A stretch of DNA of 63,993 nucleotides, filler included, from Basidiobolus ranarum (lineage: Eukaryota), in NCBI GenBank assembly GCA_040143965.1. It is 6 parts of 6 records of this genome, joined end to end, with 100 filler letters (N's around TTAATTAATTAA, not from the genome) between each part and the next. Parts side by side here need not be neighbours in the genome. Positions count along the whole stretch, not along the records: positions 21,591 to 32,277 come from JASJQH010007553.1; positions 32,378 to 43,057 come from JASJQH010007554.1; 4 more parts are not named here. One strand, given 5' to 3'. Positions 26,101-37,836 of this stretch are shown piece by piece (the first letter of the stretch is position 1; each line of letters starts with the position of its first letter). The position numbers and the translations under genes were made by a program. The notes beneath the pieces were generated by a model. That model made no database searches and was not told the DNA's origin. It worked only from the letters and a program-made list of their open reading frames with translations.

Positions 26101-26995
26101 TGAACTCAAGAATTGACTCCACCGTTCTCCCTGATGTAGTAGACAATACAATCTTGTTTAAAGATTACTCAATCTCAAGGCTCCGCCATAAAATTGTCAA
26201 GACCCATGTACCTCTTTCTGTGGATGAAACACCCAAACCAGGATTCCTTTGTGGTATTGACGCGGAATTCGTCGCCATGACGAAAGAGGAGACGGAAGTT
26301 TGGAGTGATGGCTCAAGACGGGTCATTCGACCAAGTAGACTGGCTTTAGCTCGCGTCAGTGTTTTACGAGGAGAAGGGGCCAAGGAAATGATGCCGTTTA
26401 TTGATGATTACATAGCTACCGCGGAACCCGTTGTGGACTACTTGACTGAATACTCAGGAATCTCGGCTGGAGACTTGGACGTATCTGTATCGAAGCATAC
26501 AGTGGTGCCTTTGAAAGTGGCGTACAAGAAGCTGAGACTTCTCTTAGATATGGGATGCGTCTTTGTTGGCCATGGTCTGAACAAGGACTTTAGAATTATC
26601 AACATCATTGTTCCTCCGGAACAAGTCATAGATACCGTTGATATCTTCCACATCAAGAGCAGACATCGGAAAATCTCACTCAAATTCCTGGCTTGGTACC
26701 TTCTCAATCAAGACATTCAAACAGATACGCATGATAGTATTGAGGATGCCAGAACGGTAAATATCCACCATTATTTCACTTCTATTCATGGTCACTAATC
26801 TCTTGCAACTAGGCACTGGCTATCTATAAGAAGTACCTATCACTCAAAGACCAGGGACGTTTCGAACAAGTTCTTGAGGATATTTACAATGTGGGAATGA
26901 AATACAGCTGGAAGATTGTTCCTGGATTGAACCCATTCTCCTCCTTTCAACCAGCGCCGATCACATATGCAACCACCACTGCCGAAAGTACATAG
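23164..26995 (+). CDS. PAN2: PAN2 poly(A)-specific ribonuclease catalytic subunit (WD40 + inactive UCH + DEDDh exonuclease), 8 exons
   Basis: MEEWYE...AFDPHAELVWVG WD40 start. YRRVEIKYSRFGVEDFDFGYYNKT, GLETHITNSYCNSLLQ, IDAEFV, GHGLNKDF, HDSIEDART. Introns at about 23281-23368, 23536-23609, 23737-23790, 23983-24059, 24265-24321, 24510-24571 and 26757-26812. TAG at 26993-26995. Confidence 0.97.
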
Positions 26996-27352
26996 TGCGA
27001 TTTCCTTCGCAAATTCATTCCTAGAAAAATGATAAATGCTACAAAAACAATATAAAACTTAGTTATCGTAAATGTATCGCTTATCCCCTTCATTTCATCT
27101 ATCTCCCTGATGGATAGATATGGTACTCAACTGCGTTTCTCACTGTCCTCGTCGAATAAAATCTAAACATTTTACCATTTTTGTGTGTTCAACCAATCCA
27201 ATAAGAATCAACATAAATCACTCTACGTTAAAATCCTCGATATTTGGCGATGAAAAATTGCTGAATTCTGAATTATTTCAATAATATTTGTTAGTAATGG
27301 AAGTTAATGAAGTAAAACGAGTTGAAGTGTCTCTACTTTCTTTATTGTCACT

Positions 27353-28318
27353 ATGTCTGGTTCAACACAGAAAACTTTCAAACCCCAAGAAGACCCAGAA
27401 TTTGACGCGTATGTAGCCTCTTTAATGGCCCGTGAAAGCAGAACTAGAGAGTTGAACTATCAAGCATTTGGTGTTAGCGCCTATAAAACTGCTACCCCTT
27501 CTATTAGGTGAGTTATAGCGAACTAATCCATTTAATTCTCTTAATATTAACCATCTTTTTATATTTAATATAGTAAACCGAAACCAAATACCAGGTTTCT
27601 TAATGCATTGATCAGAAATACTGACGGACATAACAAAGCTTTATTAAGACAAGACGCTGAAAGAGAGAGGGAGAAAAGGAGACACCGCGAAGGATATAGG
27701 GGCGATAGAAAATATAGAGATGATCGAGACTCTCGGCGAACCACAAGAAGTAACTCAAGAGAGAGAACAAGAAGCTCAAGCCCTCACGAAACTAGAAGAA
27801 TCCATTCATGTTCACGCTCGCGTGATAAAAGAAGTGGAAATGCGCAATCCAATGAAAATGAATACCCATCAAGAAATGAAGAATATGCTAAAAGGTCGAG
27901 AACCTCACCTGAACTAGTCGAAAGTGTAACAACCATAGAGAGTGCCAAAAAGCATAAAAGTGTACAACAAAATGAATCCTCTTCTTCCAATAATAAGGTG
28001 AGCTCATCGAAAATGGATAAATACTTTCGTGAAGATTATGACCCCCGTTTAGATGTTGAAGACTTCATAATGGATAATACCAGCACTATTCCTGAGTACA
28101 CTCTTTTTGAAAATACAACCGAGTCGACCAAATCCAAAAAGATGAAGAAAAAACACAAGAAAGAAAAGAAAAAGAAAAAATCCAAAGACAAAGATTTATC
28201 ACCAGCTCGTAAACAATCCTACCAAGCACTGCCTGTCACTCGAGAGTGGGATTTGGGGAAAATTGAGCAGACTTCGTGGGACCCACAATTAAATCCTTAC
28301 ATGCCTTCATATAAATAA
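27353..28318 (+). CDS. Conserved fungal Arg/Ser/Lys-rich nuclear protein (often annotated as splicing factor 38B-like), 2 exons
   Basis: Exon 1 MSGSTQ...DAYVASLMARE. Intron GTGAGT...TATAG (about 27508-27573). Exon 2 has KPNTRFLNALIRNTDGHNKAL, an RS-rich region, MDKYFREDYDPRLDV, poly-Lys and REWDLGK. Confidence 0.75.
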
Positions 28319-28726
28319 ATTATTCCAGTTTTATTTGTAATTTATCGCTTCTTAGTTGATCTGATGACACAATGCAGTCATAAGACCATGAGGAAACGTA
28401 GTTCACTATGAACCCAACTCTCCCCATCCTTTCCCCTCCACTAGCTCACGGTTGAAGCGCTGGTGCAGTGAATAAGACGGGTTGTAAAGCAATTTGTAAG
28501 ATAGGTTCTCAACTTTCTTTTATACATTTTTATTCGACTGTTTATGTGATAAATATTTCAATATTTGATTAAATTGATTGAAATCCCATTTTTTACTATA
28601 TTCTTATTATTATTCTTACTATTTTCTTATTATTTTTACTATATTCTTTTTATATTGTTCATTGTTGCTATGCAAGTAATTACATCTAGGCGAACCAACA
28701 TTTACTTAGGGTTAGTCAATCAGCTA

Positions 28727-28816
28727 TATATATACACCAATATTTTATCCACCTTAACAATATATATACACCAATGTTTTATCCACCTTAACAATATATA
28801 TACACCAATGTTTTAT
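28727..28816. repeat. Tandem repeat, 34-bp unit x about 2.6
   Basis: TATATATACACCAAT(A/G)TTTTATCCACCTTAACAA repeated head to tail. Confidence 0.85.
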
Positions 28817-29139
28817 ATGTTAACAATAAATCAATACAAACCGCATTGTCCATATCTAAGTAGTGTAGTTTAGGATTAATCCCATGCAGCTCTGGAAATC
28901 CAATACTAACCTACAAAATCCCACAGATAGAGAGTTGTTACTACTTACTATTATTACTGCACAATACAGCATCTCACTCATAATGCGTCCCGATATTACT
29001 TCTCCGTGACTTTTACTATACCAGCATTGCTCATCATTAGGTAAAGTGTATATGTGACCATATTAAAGGTGAGGTGCAGAAGTTGTATATACTTGCTTTT
29101 AAGTGACTTTAATTGTGTATATTGGATTTTAAGCATGTA

Positions 29140-29187
29140 CTCTCTAGTACAGCAGCCACTCTCTAGTACAGCAGCCACTCTCTAGTA
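29140..29187. repeat. Tandem repeat, 19-bp unit x about 2.5
   Basis: CTCTCTAGTACAGCAGCCA repeated. Confidence 0.85.
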
Positions 29188-29861
29188 AGATATTCTTAAT
29201 CACCAACCATCTTCCGGTTTGTATCAGACCAGAGGAGCACTACATCTTGCGAAATAATGGCACAATTTCCCCAGATCAATGCTAATGAGATACATGTAAA
29301 CAGGTCCAGAGTGTATCCCAATCTAGAGTGCATCCCAATAAAAATATATAGTAATAGGTTCTAACGACAATGCTAAACCATATACAACCTAGCCATATCC
29401 GGTTTTTACATCGGATGGTGCAATTTTTGATGCGAAAGAGTTGATTTCGCTCTAGTGCCAACTCAACTCACTACCAATCAATTCAACGTGTGTGGTAACA
29501 AGTGTGGTAATAAAATACTATTCCGGTATCCCAGCTACTTATCCCAGCCACCTAACCGTGTTTGGGACATCGCATAGATCATAAAATCAAGCACATGAGC
29601 AACACACCTATTCTTGGTAATATAACAGATAGGTGAATACATTACTTATTAGGTAAGATTTCTTGGAGCTGACGCTAGAGTTCGCTTGAGTTGCGTTTGG
29701 TTGTGGCATTCTAGACCTGTAACCTGCTTGGAGGCAATAACCTACATTAGGTGTGGATAGAACCGGACTATTCGCGGCCCGAACGTCTCTAAACTCTGGA
29801 CGTTTAAAAGAGAATCCTCACCTTATTCAACTCCATCTCTTTCCTGAGAAGCGTAAGATAA

Positions 29862-31388
29862 ATGAGCTCGGAAAAAAAGAAAGTCTTCCATCAAGAGATA
29901 TTATCTGCTGAACATGAGAGATTCAGTCACGTTGAGAACTATGACCCAGATATCACCTGGGCTGCAGAGGAGGAGGAGAAATTAGTTCGCAAAGTTGACA
30001 TTCGTATTATGACCTGGATTGGCCTTATGTTCTTCTTTCTTCAGTTGGATCGTGGCAATGTCTCGAATGCTATGACTGACAACTTTACCGAGGATCTTGG
30101 AATAACCATCAACGAACTCAATATTGGAACCATCATATTTGTCTTGGCTTTTGTGATTCTTGAGATCCCCTCAAATATGGTTATTCGTCGGGTTGGTGCA
30201 GAAAGATGGATACCATTTCTAATGTTCCTTTGGGGTACTGTCAGTTGGGCTCAAGCATTTATGCATGACAAAACCTCCTTCCTGCTTGCGCGCCTATTCC
30301 TCGGTCTAACAGAAGCCGGTTATGTTCCCGGAATCATTCTTTACATGACTACATACTACACAAAAGAAGAACTGGCCACTCGACTATCTTGGTTCTGGGG
30401 GGGTTTAGCTCTGGCTGATGCGTCCTCTGGGCTTATTGCTTTTGGAGTACTCCGGTTACGTGGTGTTGCTGGTCTCAAGGGCTGGCAATGGCTTTTCTTA
30501 ATAGATGGTATTTGCACCGTTGTTATCGCAATCATTTCTTTCTTCTATCTTCCAGAAGGGCCATCCAGGACTAAAGGTCTTCTAAGAGGAAAGAACGGTT
30601 GGTTTGATGATAGGGAAGTCAAGATTCTAGTAACGCGCTTAATTCGAGATGACCCTAGTAAAGCGATTGGACGTAGGGAGGGTGTGAAGAGAACCGACTT
30701 GACTTCTGCTTTAATGGACACTCGCATATGGGGACATCTTCTTATTGGTTTCTTCGGGTTAATGGCACCTACTCCTGTTACTTCTTACATGCCACTTATC
30801 ATCAAAAGCTTCGGATTCAGCACTGTTATTAGTAATCTATTAACCGTTCCTGCTCATCTTCTCAAGTTTGTCACCATGCTTGCTCTAACCCGTAACAGTG
30901 ACCGAGTAAAGGATCGTGCTTTGCATGGGATAGTTGGTACTATTTGGTTTTTAATTGGAGTATTTTTACTTGAGCTTTTACCTGACACCACCGACAGATG
31001 GTCAATGTACGCTGTTATCATTTTCACCGTTGGTTGGCCATATTGGCATCCCATTAATGCAGCCTGGTTGACAGAAAACGTAGCACCTCTGGGCAAACGG
31101 TCCATAGGTTTAGCTATGTACATTATGTCAGTGAATATCAATGCACTCGCTGGTAGTCAGATTTATCGGGATGATGATAAACCAAGATTCCATCGAGGTA
31201 ACTGGATTAACATTGGTCTTGGTTTCCTCACCATTCTACTTTTCATAGCACAGCGCTACCACTATATCGCTCTGAACCGTAGAAGAGACAGAATATGGAA
31301 TTCAATGTCTGCAGAAGCCAAAAAAGAATATAATCAAACCACACAACATGTTGGCAATGATAGACTAGATTTCAGATTCACGTACTAA
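29862..31388 (+). CDS. MFS transporter, allantoate/anion:cation symporter (Dal5/Tna1-like), intronless
   Basis: EEEKLVRKVDIRI, LQLDRGNVSNA, LEIPSNM, RLFLGLTEAG, GLKGWQWLFLIDG, LLTVP, IYRDDDKPRF, DRLDFRFTY. About 12 TM segments. Confidence 0.95.
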   Translation: MSSEKKKVFHQEILSAEHERFSHVENYDPDITWAAEEEEKLVRKVDIRIMTWIGLMFFFLQLDRGNVSNAMTDNFTEDLGITINELNIGTIIFVLAFVILEIPSNMVIRRVGAERWIPFLMFLWGTVSWAQAFMHDKTSFLLARLFLGLTEAGYVPGIILYMTTYYTKEELATRLSWFWGGLALADASSGLIAFGVLRLRGVAGLKGWQWLFLIDGICTVVIAIISFFYLPEGPSRTKGLLRGKNGWFDDREVKILVTRLIRDDPSKAIGRREGVKRTDLTSALMDTRIWGHLLIGFFGLMAPTPVTSYMPLIIKSFGFSTVISNLLTVPAHLLKFVTMLALTRNSDRVKDRALHGIVGTIWFLIGVFLLELLPDTTDRWSMYAVIIFTVGWPYWHPINAAWLTENVAPLGKRSIGLAMYIMSVNINALAGSQIYRDDDKPRFHRGNWINIGLGFLTILLFIAQRYHYIALNRRRDRIWNSMSAEAKKEYNQTTQHVGNDRLDFRFTY

Positions 31389-32107
31389 GCATCTACTTGC
31401 GTAGGTTCTTTTGAACCTAACTCTCTATCTACAATCTGAATAAACTACGAAATGGCCATGTTTATGCACAGATGTAGGATACTTCTTTAAGGTATGAATA
31501 TTGTTATAAAACGGTATGAATATCCCAGAAGTGAAAGTGTGATATAATATGGAAACAACGTAGTATTCCTTTATCGGTCCTTTAGAGCCATAGAAGAGCT
31601 TACAAAGGGGTGGATTTCATCAATATCGTTTCCGAAAGAAGGTTATGTGTTTTCAGCTTTCCCAAACTATCCATGTAAAGAGCTCGATTGGCAGCTACTA
31701 AGATCTGAAAGATGGAGAGGATCTAACAGTAGCACAAAGATAAGATAATTGACAAGATCAAAGAAATCGACTCAAGTAATATCTTCTCTAACTTCAAGAA
31801 AATATATCAAGGTAGCTGGCCCTACATATGAGATATACTACGAGTGTATCACCTGCCATTTTAGCATCCACAAAGTAACAACTAGGGTCAAGATCTGCGT
31901 CAGATAATTGCTTTTTTATTTCCCCAACATTTTGTACAATTTTGAAAAGAACAATGGGTACCGGGCTGTGTTGTGTATATAAAGGGTATTTGCTGAGAAC
32001 TGACATGATTTATATATGGAGTGAAAGAACCACAACTGTAATATTTTACTGAAAAGGCTCCAAATACTTGACTTTCAGTTTCTCTTCAATTTTTTGAAAG
32101 TTTTAGT

Positions 32108-32167
32108 TGTTGAAATTAGCATTGCTTAAACACCTATATAGTCATATATAGCTTAGTACTTAGTTAT
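32108..32167 (+). mobile_element. 5' fragment of copia family A LTR
   Basis: TGTTGAAATTAGCATTGCTTAAACACCTATATAGTCATATATAGCTTAGTACTTAGTTAT matches the LTR start at 52218 and the reverse complement of 52769. Confidence 0.85.
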
Positions 32168-32277
32168 TAGGGTTAGGGGGGATGAAAAGCACCAGATGGT
32201 GTAGACTTTATTTAGCTTAAATACTAATCTAAACAAAGTGACAATCAAGACATCAATCTTTTGAGATATTGTGACAA

Positions 32278-32377
32278 NNNNNNNNNNNNNNNNNNNNNNN
32301 NNNNNNNNNNNNNNNNNNNNNTTAATTAATTAANNNNNNNNNNNNNNNNNNNNNNNNNNNNNNNNNNNNNNNNNNNN
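32278..32377. other. Artificial contig linker
   Basis: N44-TTAATTAATTAA-N44. Confidence 0.98.
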
Positions 32378-32488
32378 TCTTGACAAAACTATAAATGTCA
32401 ACTTTCTACTCAATAAATCAATAAGTGAAAGCCACCAATTCCTCTAATTCTCCAAACCACTTCCAACAGGCTCCCAAATACTTTAACA
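32378..32488 (+). mobile_element. 3' part of copia family A LTR at contig start
   Basis: TGACAAAACTATAAATGTCAACT...CTCCCAAATACTTTAACA matches the reverse complement of 52436-52545. Confidence 0.85.
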
Positions 32489-33452
32489 ATTACATCATCA
32501 ATATCAGAGCTTTACATGTATGTTTATATACATTATAGCCAAGAATCAAGGCTCTATACCTGAATTAAAGATTAAAGATTAATTAAACATGTGTGGCACC
32601 GGTATCAACCAATGCAGTTATTTAGCAAAATTCAAAGTGTTACCAAATACACTATTTAATGAATGCTGATTATTTGACTAATTTCAAGATGTAATTTCAT
32701 AAAAATCAACTGATATTCCCAAGCATGTGTATGGGATTATTGTTTTAACTTTATTTTTCCAACTTTTATATAAGTGTAACCTCCCACTGTGTATATGGGT
32801 ACCATATCCAAAAACCAGACAACTGTGAATATTAGGGGAGATGCATAAATTTCATTGAAAGTAGATGTACTTGGTTAGATTGACCAGTAATCTTGTTACT
32901 TTTCTGAATGCTTAGGGGAGTTGGTTGATACTTATGAAGTAATTGGGGCAAATTTGGAAATACTATTCCGCTCAGCATACCAGAATTCTATCCACATACT
33001 GTACATTTTTACTTATGGCATAATCAGTAAAGATGGAACGAATTTATTGAACAATTGTGATAGTTGCTGGTGACAGATCGATTATGATGGAAGAAATTGG
33101 TCAAAACTATAAAGTGGATACTGAAAGTCTATAATTAAATATATCAAGTGAAGGTTGTATATACATACACAGAATGACAAATTTATTATCAACACTTGAT
33201 ATTGCAGTAAAAAGAGCAACAGATACAATCTATGTATCTTCTCTTATATAATTAGAGAGCTCGATAGTGAGATGAACAAGAAACTTATCTTCAATCAGGG
33301 AATACAAGGCATCTAAATAACAAACATTCTTCATGAAATGTACATACCTTGAACAAAATCAGCAAGGGAAGAAACGAAAGTGGAAGGGAGAAAAACTGAT
33401 CGGAATGGGAGGGGTAGTGAATGAATATTGGGAATTTATACATAATTCCAAC

Positions 33453-34730
33453 TTATTGTAAAGTGGATTCGGAATCGGATTCCGTATCTCTTAAGAATCT
33501 TGGGAAAGAGTGTTGATACATTACAGTTAAAATCTCTACCTGTGCTTCTTCAAAAATGGTGGTAGAATAAGGGCGACCTGTTTCTAATCCCAATTTGATT
33601 GCATCCATAGTGGCTCCAGTTAAATTTAACTCATACCTGGCACCAGGTGCAAAGAATAACTGGTACATCCTATCAATCTCTTGACTGACTAGATCTGGTT
33701 CCTCCACCTCCGGATGGGATCGAGCTAAATTCAACAAGTTCTCAAAATGCTCGTAAAATAAGATATTTTCCACACTGAAATCTTTCACTGTGAAGAGTTT
33801 GAAATTGGTGAATAATTGAGGATCCTTCAACACACGAATGAACGAATTCTTATCGGTTCTTAAGTTTCGCTCGGTATTTAGATAGGAATTGAGAATGGGA
33901 ATAATCACTGTGTTAAAATGTACCACTACTAATGCTGCCAAGGTCCACAACGATTCCGAGAAGAGGAAACTCCCCGTTTGCATACTCGGGGTGAATAGGA
34001 GCAATGTACGAGCGATGAAATTGATGGCCTCTACAACCGTGACTACTATTAGCTCTTTTTTGATCCAATAAGTATCTTCAATCCCCCATATGAAGAACGC
34101 TAACCCTGGGAGCATGATGAAAACGTAGAATGCTTGGAATGTAACCCTAGGGATGAGCTCCCAAGTGAAGCCGCATCCTACAGCGCCAGTGGTGACCGAT
34201 TGATCAGACCCTATCTGGATTAGCACAGTAAGAAAGATGTGGAACACTACCAGATAACCAACGTAGGTTAGTAGCGTCTTGGATGACATAAGTTGCTGTT
34301 TTCCAATGTACCATTCCTCAGAGATCCCAAACCGATGTGGCAATGATTTAAGAGAGGAGTTCTTCTGCTTCATCTCTGGTTCAATTTCTCTGAGAAATGT
34401 ATTCATATCGGAGAATAACTTGGCCTGATTGTATCGGTATAGGAATGCTAATCGTAAAAAACGAGCACCCATCACTAAGAACCACAAGGGTATTCCCACT
34501 GATGTGACCCAGAGAACTAGAAAGCATGGGTAAATGGCCGGATTTACCTCTCGTAGAACATACCCACTGGTTAGTATCCCGTTAGTTGCCACACTGAGGC
34601 ACAATAGACTTAATCCACGATGTTTGATTGCTGGGCTTGCTCGTTGATGAATCAAGATGGCCATCGAAGCTAGAAGAAATAAAATCCATATGATCAAGAA
34701 TACTACTAAACCTAAGGGTACTCCATCCAT
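33453..34730 (-). CDS. 7TM receptor fused to an RGS domain (GprK/AtRGS1-type architecture), intronless
   Basis: Seven hydrophobic segments, then an RGS domain (VLKDPQLFTNFKLFTVKDFSVENILFYE...ARYELNL...IFEEAQVEILTVMYQHSFPRFL). First ATG at 34730. Confidence 0.9.
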   Translation of the reverse strand: MDGVPLGLVVFLIIWILFLLASMAILIHQRASPAIKHRGLSLLCLSVATNGILTSGYVLREVNPAIYPCFLVLWVTSVGIPLWFLVMGARFLRLAFLYRYNQAKLFSDMNTFLREIEPEMKQKNSSLKSLPHRFGISEEWYIGKQQLMSSKTLLTYVGYLVVFHIFLTVLIQIGSDQSVTTGAVGCGFTWELIPRVTFQAFYVFIMLPGLAFFIWGIEDTYWIKKELIVVTVVEAINFIARTLLLFTPSMQTGSFLFSESLWTLAALVVVHFNTVIIPILNSYLNTERNLRTDKNSFIRVLKDPQLFTNFKLFTVKDFSVENILFYEHFENLLNLARSHPEVEEPDLVSQEIDRMYQLFFAPGARYELNLTGATMDAIKLGLETGRPYSTTIFEEAQVEILTVMYQHSFPRFLRDTESDSESTLQ

Positions 34731-37035
34731 TTTTAGGCGGTTATGCACGGTTGAATAGAGCTATGCTGAATTGGGACTTGGAATGAAGAACGTGAGTAAC
34801 TGCATTCAAAGCTTTAGGAGAGTCGCACTTCTTGACAACAGGTTAGTTTTCGAATGTGATTAGACTGAGGGGCTATCTGGATTCAATGTAGTAAGAAGTC
34901 GGGTATAAGGTGAATCAGTTAAACTAATCGCACTCGATGTACTCACATCGACCTCTCTCTATATATACATATTGGCATTTGATGAGTGGCTTTTATTGAT
35001 TCAGGAGACGGAGACAATGCTTTGATCAAATGATAGTTTCCAGTCAGCAGCCCCTATTCAGCTACCAAGTTGATTTCGATGGAGAGGTGTTGATATTGAC
35101 TGGTTGCTCATCAGTGAAGATCAATCGAGCATTTAATCCAGCGAGGTACTTAATCGGAAGCCAGTGTTCGATCTTTGCACGTAGTTGAGTCCGATCATTC
35201 ACCAGAGAGATTGGCCATACTTTATTGCTATGCTCATTGTTCATTAAGAAATGGCTATAGTTGCCTCAAATCCCCGAGTCTTCATTCTGCCTTGTTTAGA
35301 TATTCTCCTTATTATGATCTCTATGCGTACCATGCATAAGTTTGGTGATCGTTTCATTGGGTCTCAAATGTATCTTCTAGCATCAGCCATCTCGCACCTG
35401 TCAACGGAATGTTTAACTACCACTGATCTTGTCCATCCTTAAGCAACATCAGATGATGGGCTGAGCCACCTCTGATGAATTTGGTATCCAGAGCTTGAAA
35501 GTTTTCAGACAGGCGCTCCATATTCAACATTAATACATGTATGGCAGCATTCCTGACATAACACAGCAGAAGAATAAACTTTATTGTGTGGTTTCATGAC
35601 AGGGGCAGTTGGAAAATGAAGAGAGTAGTCACTGAAAGAAATACTTGATCCAGTGTAATTTAATGTGTTGACGATATTCGCATATGGTTAGAGGCAAGGT
35701 TGAGAAAGAGTGAGTGTGGATTTCAGGGTTTAGTATATCTTCTACAATGACTACTTGCTAACAAACAAAGGACTTGCCCTCGATTCAGTATAATAATATG
35801 CTCATGTGAGTTCTCTGGGGAATACTAAGAGTTCGACCGAATCATAACTTGGTCTCACCAAGGCGCATTTCCTCTCCCATCACAAAAAGTCACGAACCCA
35901 TATTTATTGGTAGTATTGGCATCATTGTAAGACTCATTGGCTGCGGATAGAAGCCACTTACTATTAGGAGAGACATATTAACGGTGTAGGTGAGAATTCA
36001 TCGATTTCGATTAAGGGGACCCACTTTATGTAGCTGGGAAGCCGTTCTTCGAACTTCATGTCCAAATTATAGTTGACCTGTGTTTGATGAAAATAAGGAG
36101 ACTCTTACAGGTCACTCGAATCAGATCGATCAATGTGCTAAGAATAGACCAACCTAATCTTCTAATTCAGCCCACCCGATTCAACCAATCAGACATGCTT
36201 GTTTCACGAAGCTTGGGTTTGGCGTGGAGTCAACAGTGTACAGTTCGACAATAAGTGGAATAAAGCCCTCTTTTTACAGTAAACACCAACCGACGAACAT
36301 TCCGTAGCTTAGACCCAATCATATGCACAATATATCCAAAAGCATCTACGGATACTTGGGATTCTCAAGCACGGTGGAAATATTACATAAATTCAGAGTG
36401 AGTTTTGGCCAGGATAAACCTTTTGACAAATCATGACTGCCCTCTAAAATCTCCTTTTGTGATTGGTAAAACTAGTGTGTAGTCCCTGTGCACCAAGTTG
36501 GATTAGTTGTGACCACACGCTCTGCGTCAATACAAAAACAGGAATCCAATAGGAAATGATCACTTGGCCAAGAAATCCCACCCATAATTAGCAATCGCCC
36601 AACCCGAATAGTTCATCTTGTAACTACTTCTGGACTGCACCACTTGCGTAGGGAACCTGGTTGCAGCGCTGGATTCGTGCTCATCGATGAAAGCGCTCAT
36701 TATCTTTATATGGGTGGCAGTTCCCAAGCCATCCGCCTTAACCTAATCCATTCCCCCTAGAAGGGAATTAATTACGATAGTACCACTCACTTGCCAGAAA
36801 TAGTAAGCTGGTACATAATGTGTACTACTTCGGATCTCATTCTAATTATAACCAAGGGTAATCACTTTATTGAATCTTTCTCAGTATCTCATGAAAGATA
36901 ACTATTATGCTGAGTATAGTACTGATGCTTGAATGGTAGTATTATCGAATGGAAACATTCACCCATTTCAAAAATAAATTAGTGATAATTGGATGGATAA
37001 TTGGGTTTCAATGTCTCTCGCTGCGATGTGTAGAC

Positions 37036-37836
37036 TTATTGTCTCATGTAGGCCATCAAGAGAGCAGGAATGGCAACAAGGAAACCAGTAGCGGAAAGGT
37101 TAGCTGATCCATTGGTGGCGGGCTTGGTGGTGGTAGAAGGTTGGGAAATAGGAACTGTGTTTTGGGAGGCAGTTGTCTTGACAGAGGTGGTCAAAGCAGT
37201 AGTAGCTTTGGAAACGCTTGCGGTGGAAGTGGCGTTGGTTGAAGCAACAGAGCTGATGCTAGCAGCGGAAGACTTGGAGGCGGCACTGGAAGCAGAGGCG
37301 GAAGCAGTGCCAGAGGAGGCGCTACCACTGGCAGATGCAGAGGCAGAGGCACTACCTGAGGGAGAAGCACTGGAGGAGGCAGCAACGGAGGAAGCAGAGC
37401 TGGGGGTAGTTTGGCCTTGAGTAACGCCAAAGTAATGACTATACTTCACCTCACCACCATTTCCGGCACGGACGGTGTAGTCAGTACCGCCAGCAACATC
37501 AGCAGGAACAGTCCATTCATACTTTCCAGCAGAAGAATCAACACCGGAAGCGATGGTGGTCTTGAGTTGGAGTTGGCTAGGGATTCCGGACATCAAGTCC
37601 AAATCAATCTTGGCAGGGGTGGCAGGTTGGTTGCTGTCAGTAATCCTGATGGTGAAAAATGAACATAATTAATTACTACGACTACTGAAGAATTTAAAAA
37701 GTGAATTATCATACCAAGTGATGGTAACCTTAGATCCAGCCTTCCACTCAGTACCCTCGACAGGACCGGTGATAGAGTAGTCAGCAACAACTGAGGTAGC
37801 TAAGAGAGCAAGACCAACAAGAGATTTGGAGAACAT
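37036..37836 (-). CDS. GPI-anchored Ser/Thr-rich cell-wall protein with a Kre9/KNH-like N-terminal domain, 2 exons
   Basis: MFSKSLVGLALLATSVVA-DYSITGPVEGTEWKAGSKVTITW, intron GTATGA...CAG (about 37714-37647), then IDLDLMSG...GKYEWTVP...YSHYF, an S/A/T-rich stalk and a hydrophobic GPI signal. Confidence 0.9.

Noticed and set aside
28565-28873. 102-aa hydrophobic ORF as a membrane protein
   Set aside because: It has a TTG start and arises from T-rich low-complexity sequence and a 34-bp tandem repeat.
28727-29187. Short direct repeats as a CRISPR-like array
   Set aside because: Units are head to tail with no unique spacers, there are only 2-3 copies, and the context is eukaryotic with no cas genes.
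32167-32180. TTAGGGTTAGGG (and TAACCCTAACCC near 45863) as telomeric repeats
   Set aside because: Only two units each at internal positions, which is compatible with chance.
37070-37662. Antisense and alternative-frame ORFs over the GPI protein (and similar ones over PAN2, the cyclin, MFS and 21884-22196)
   Set aside because: They are shadow ORFs of low-complexity or codon-biased real genes and show no independent motifs.
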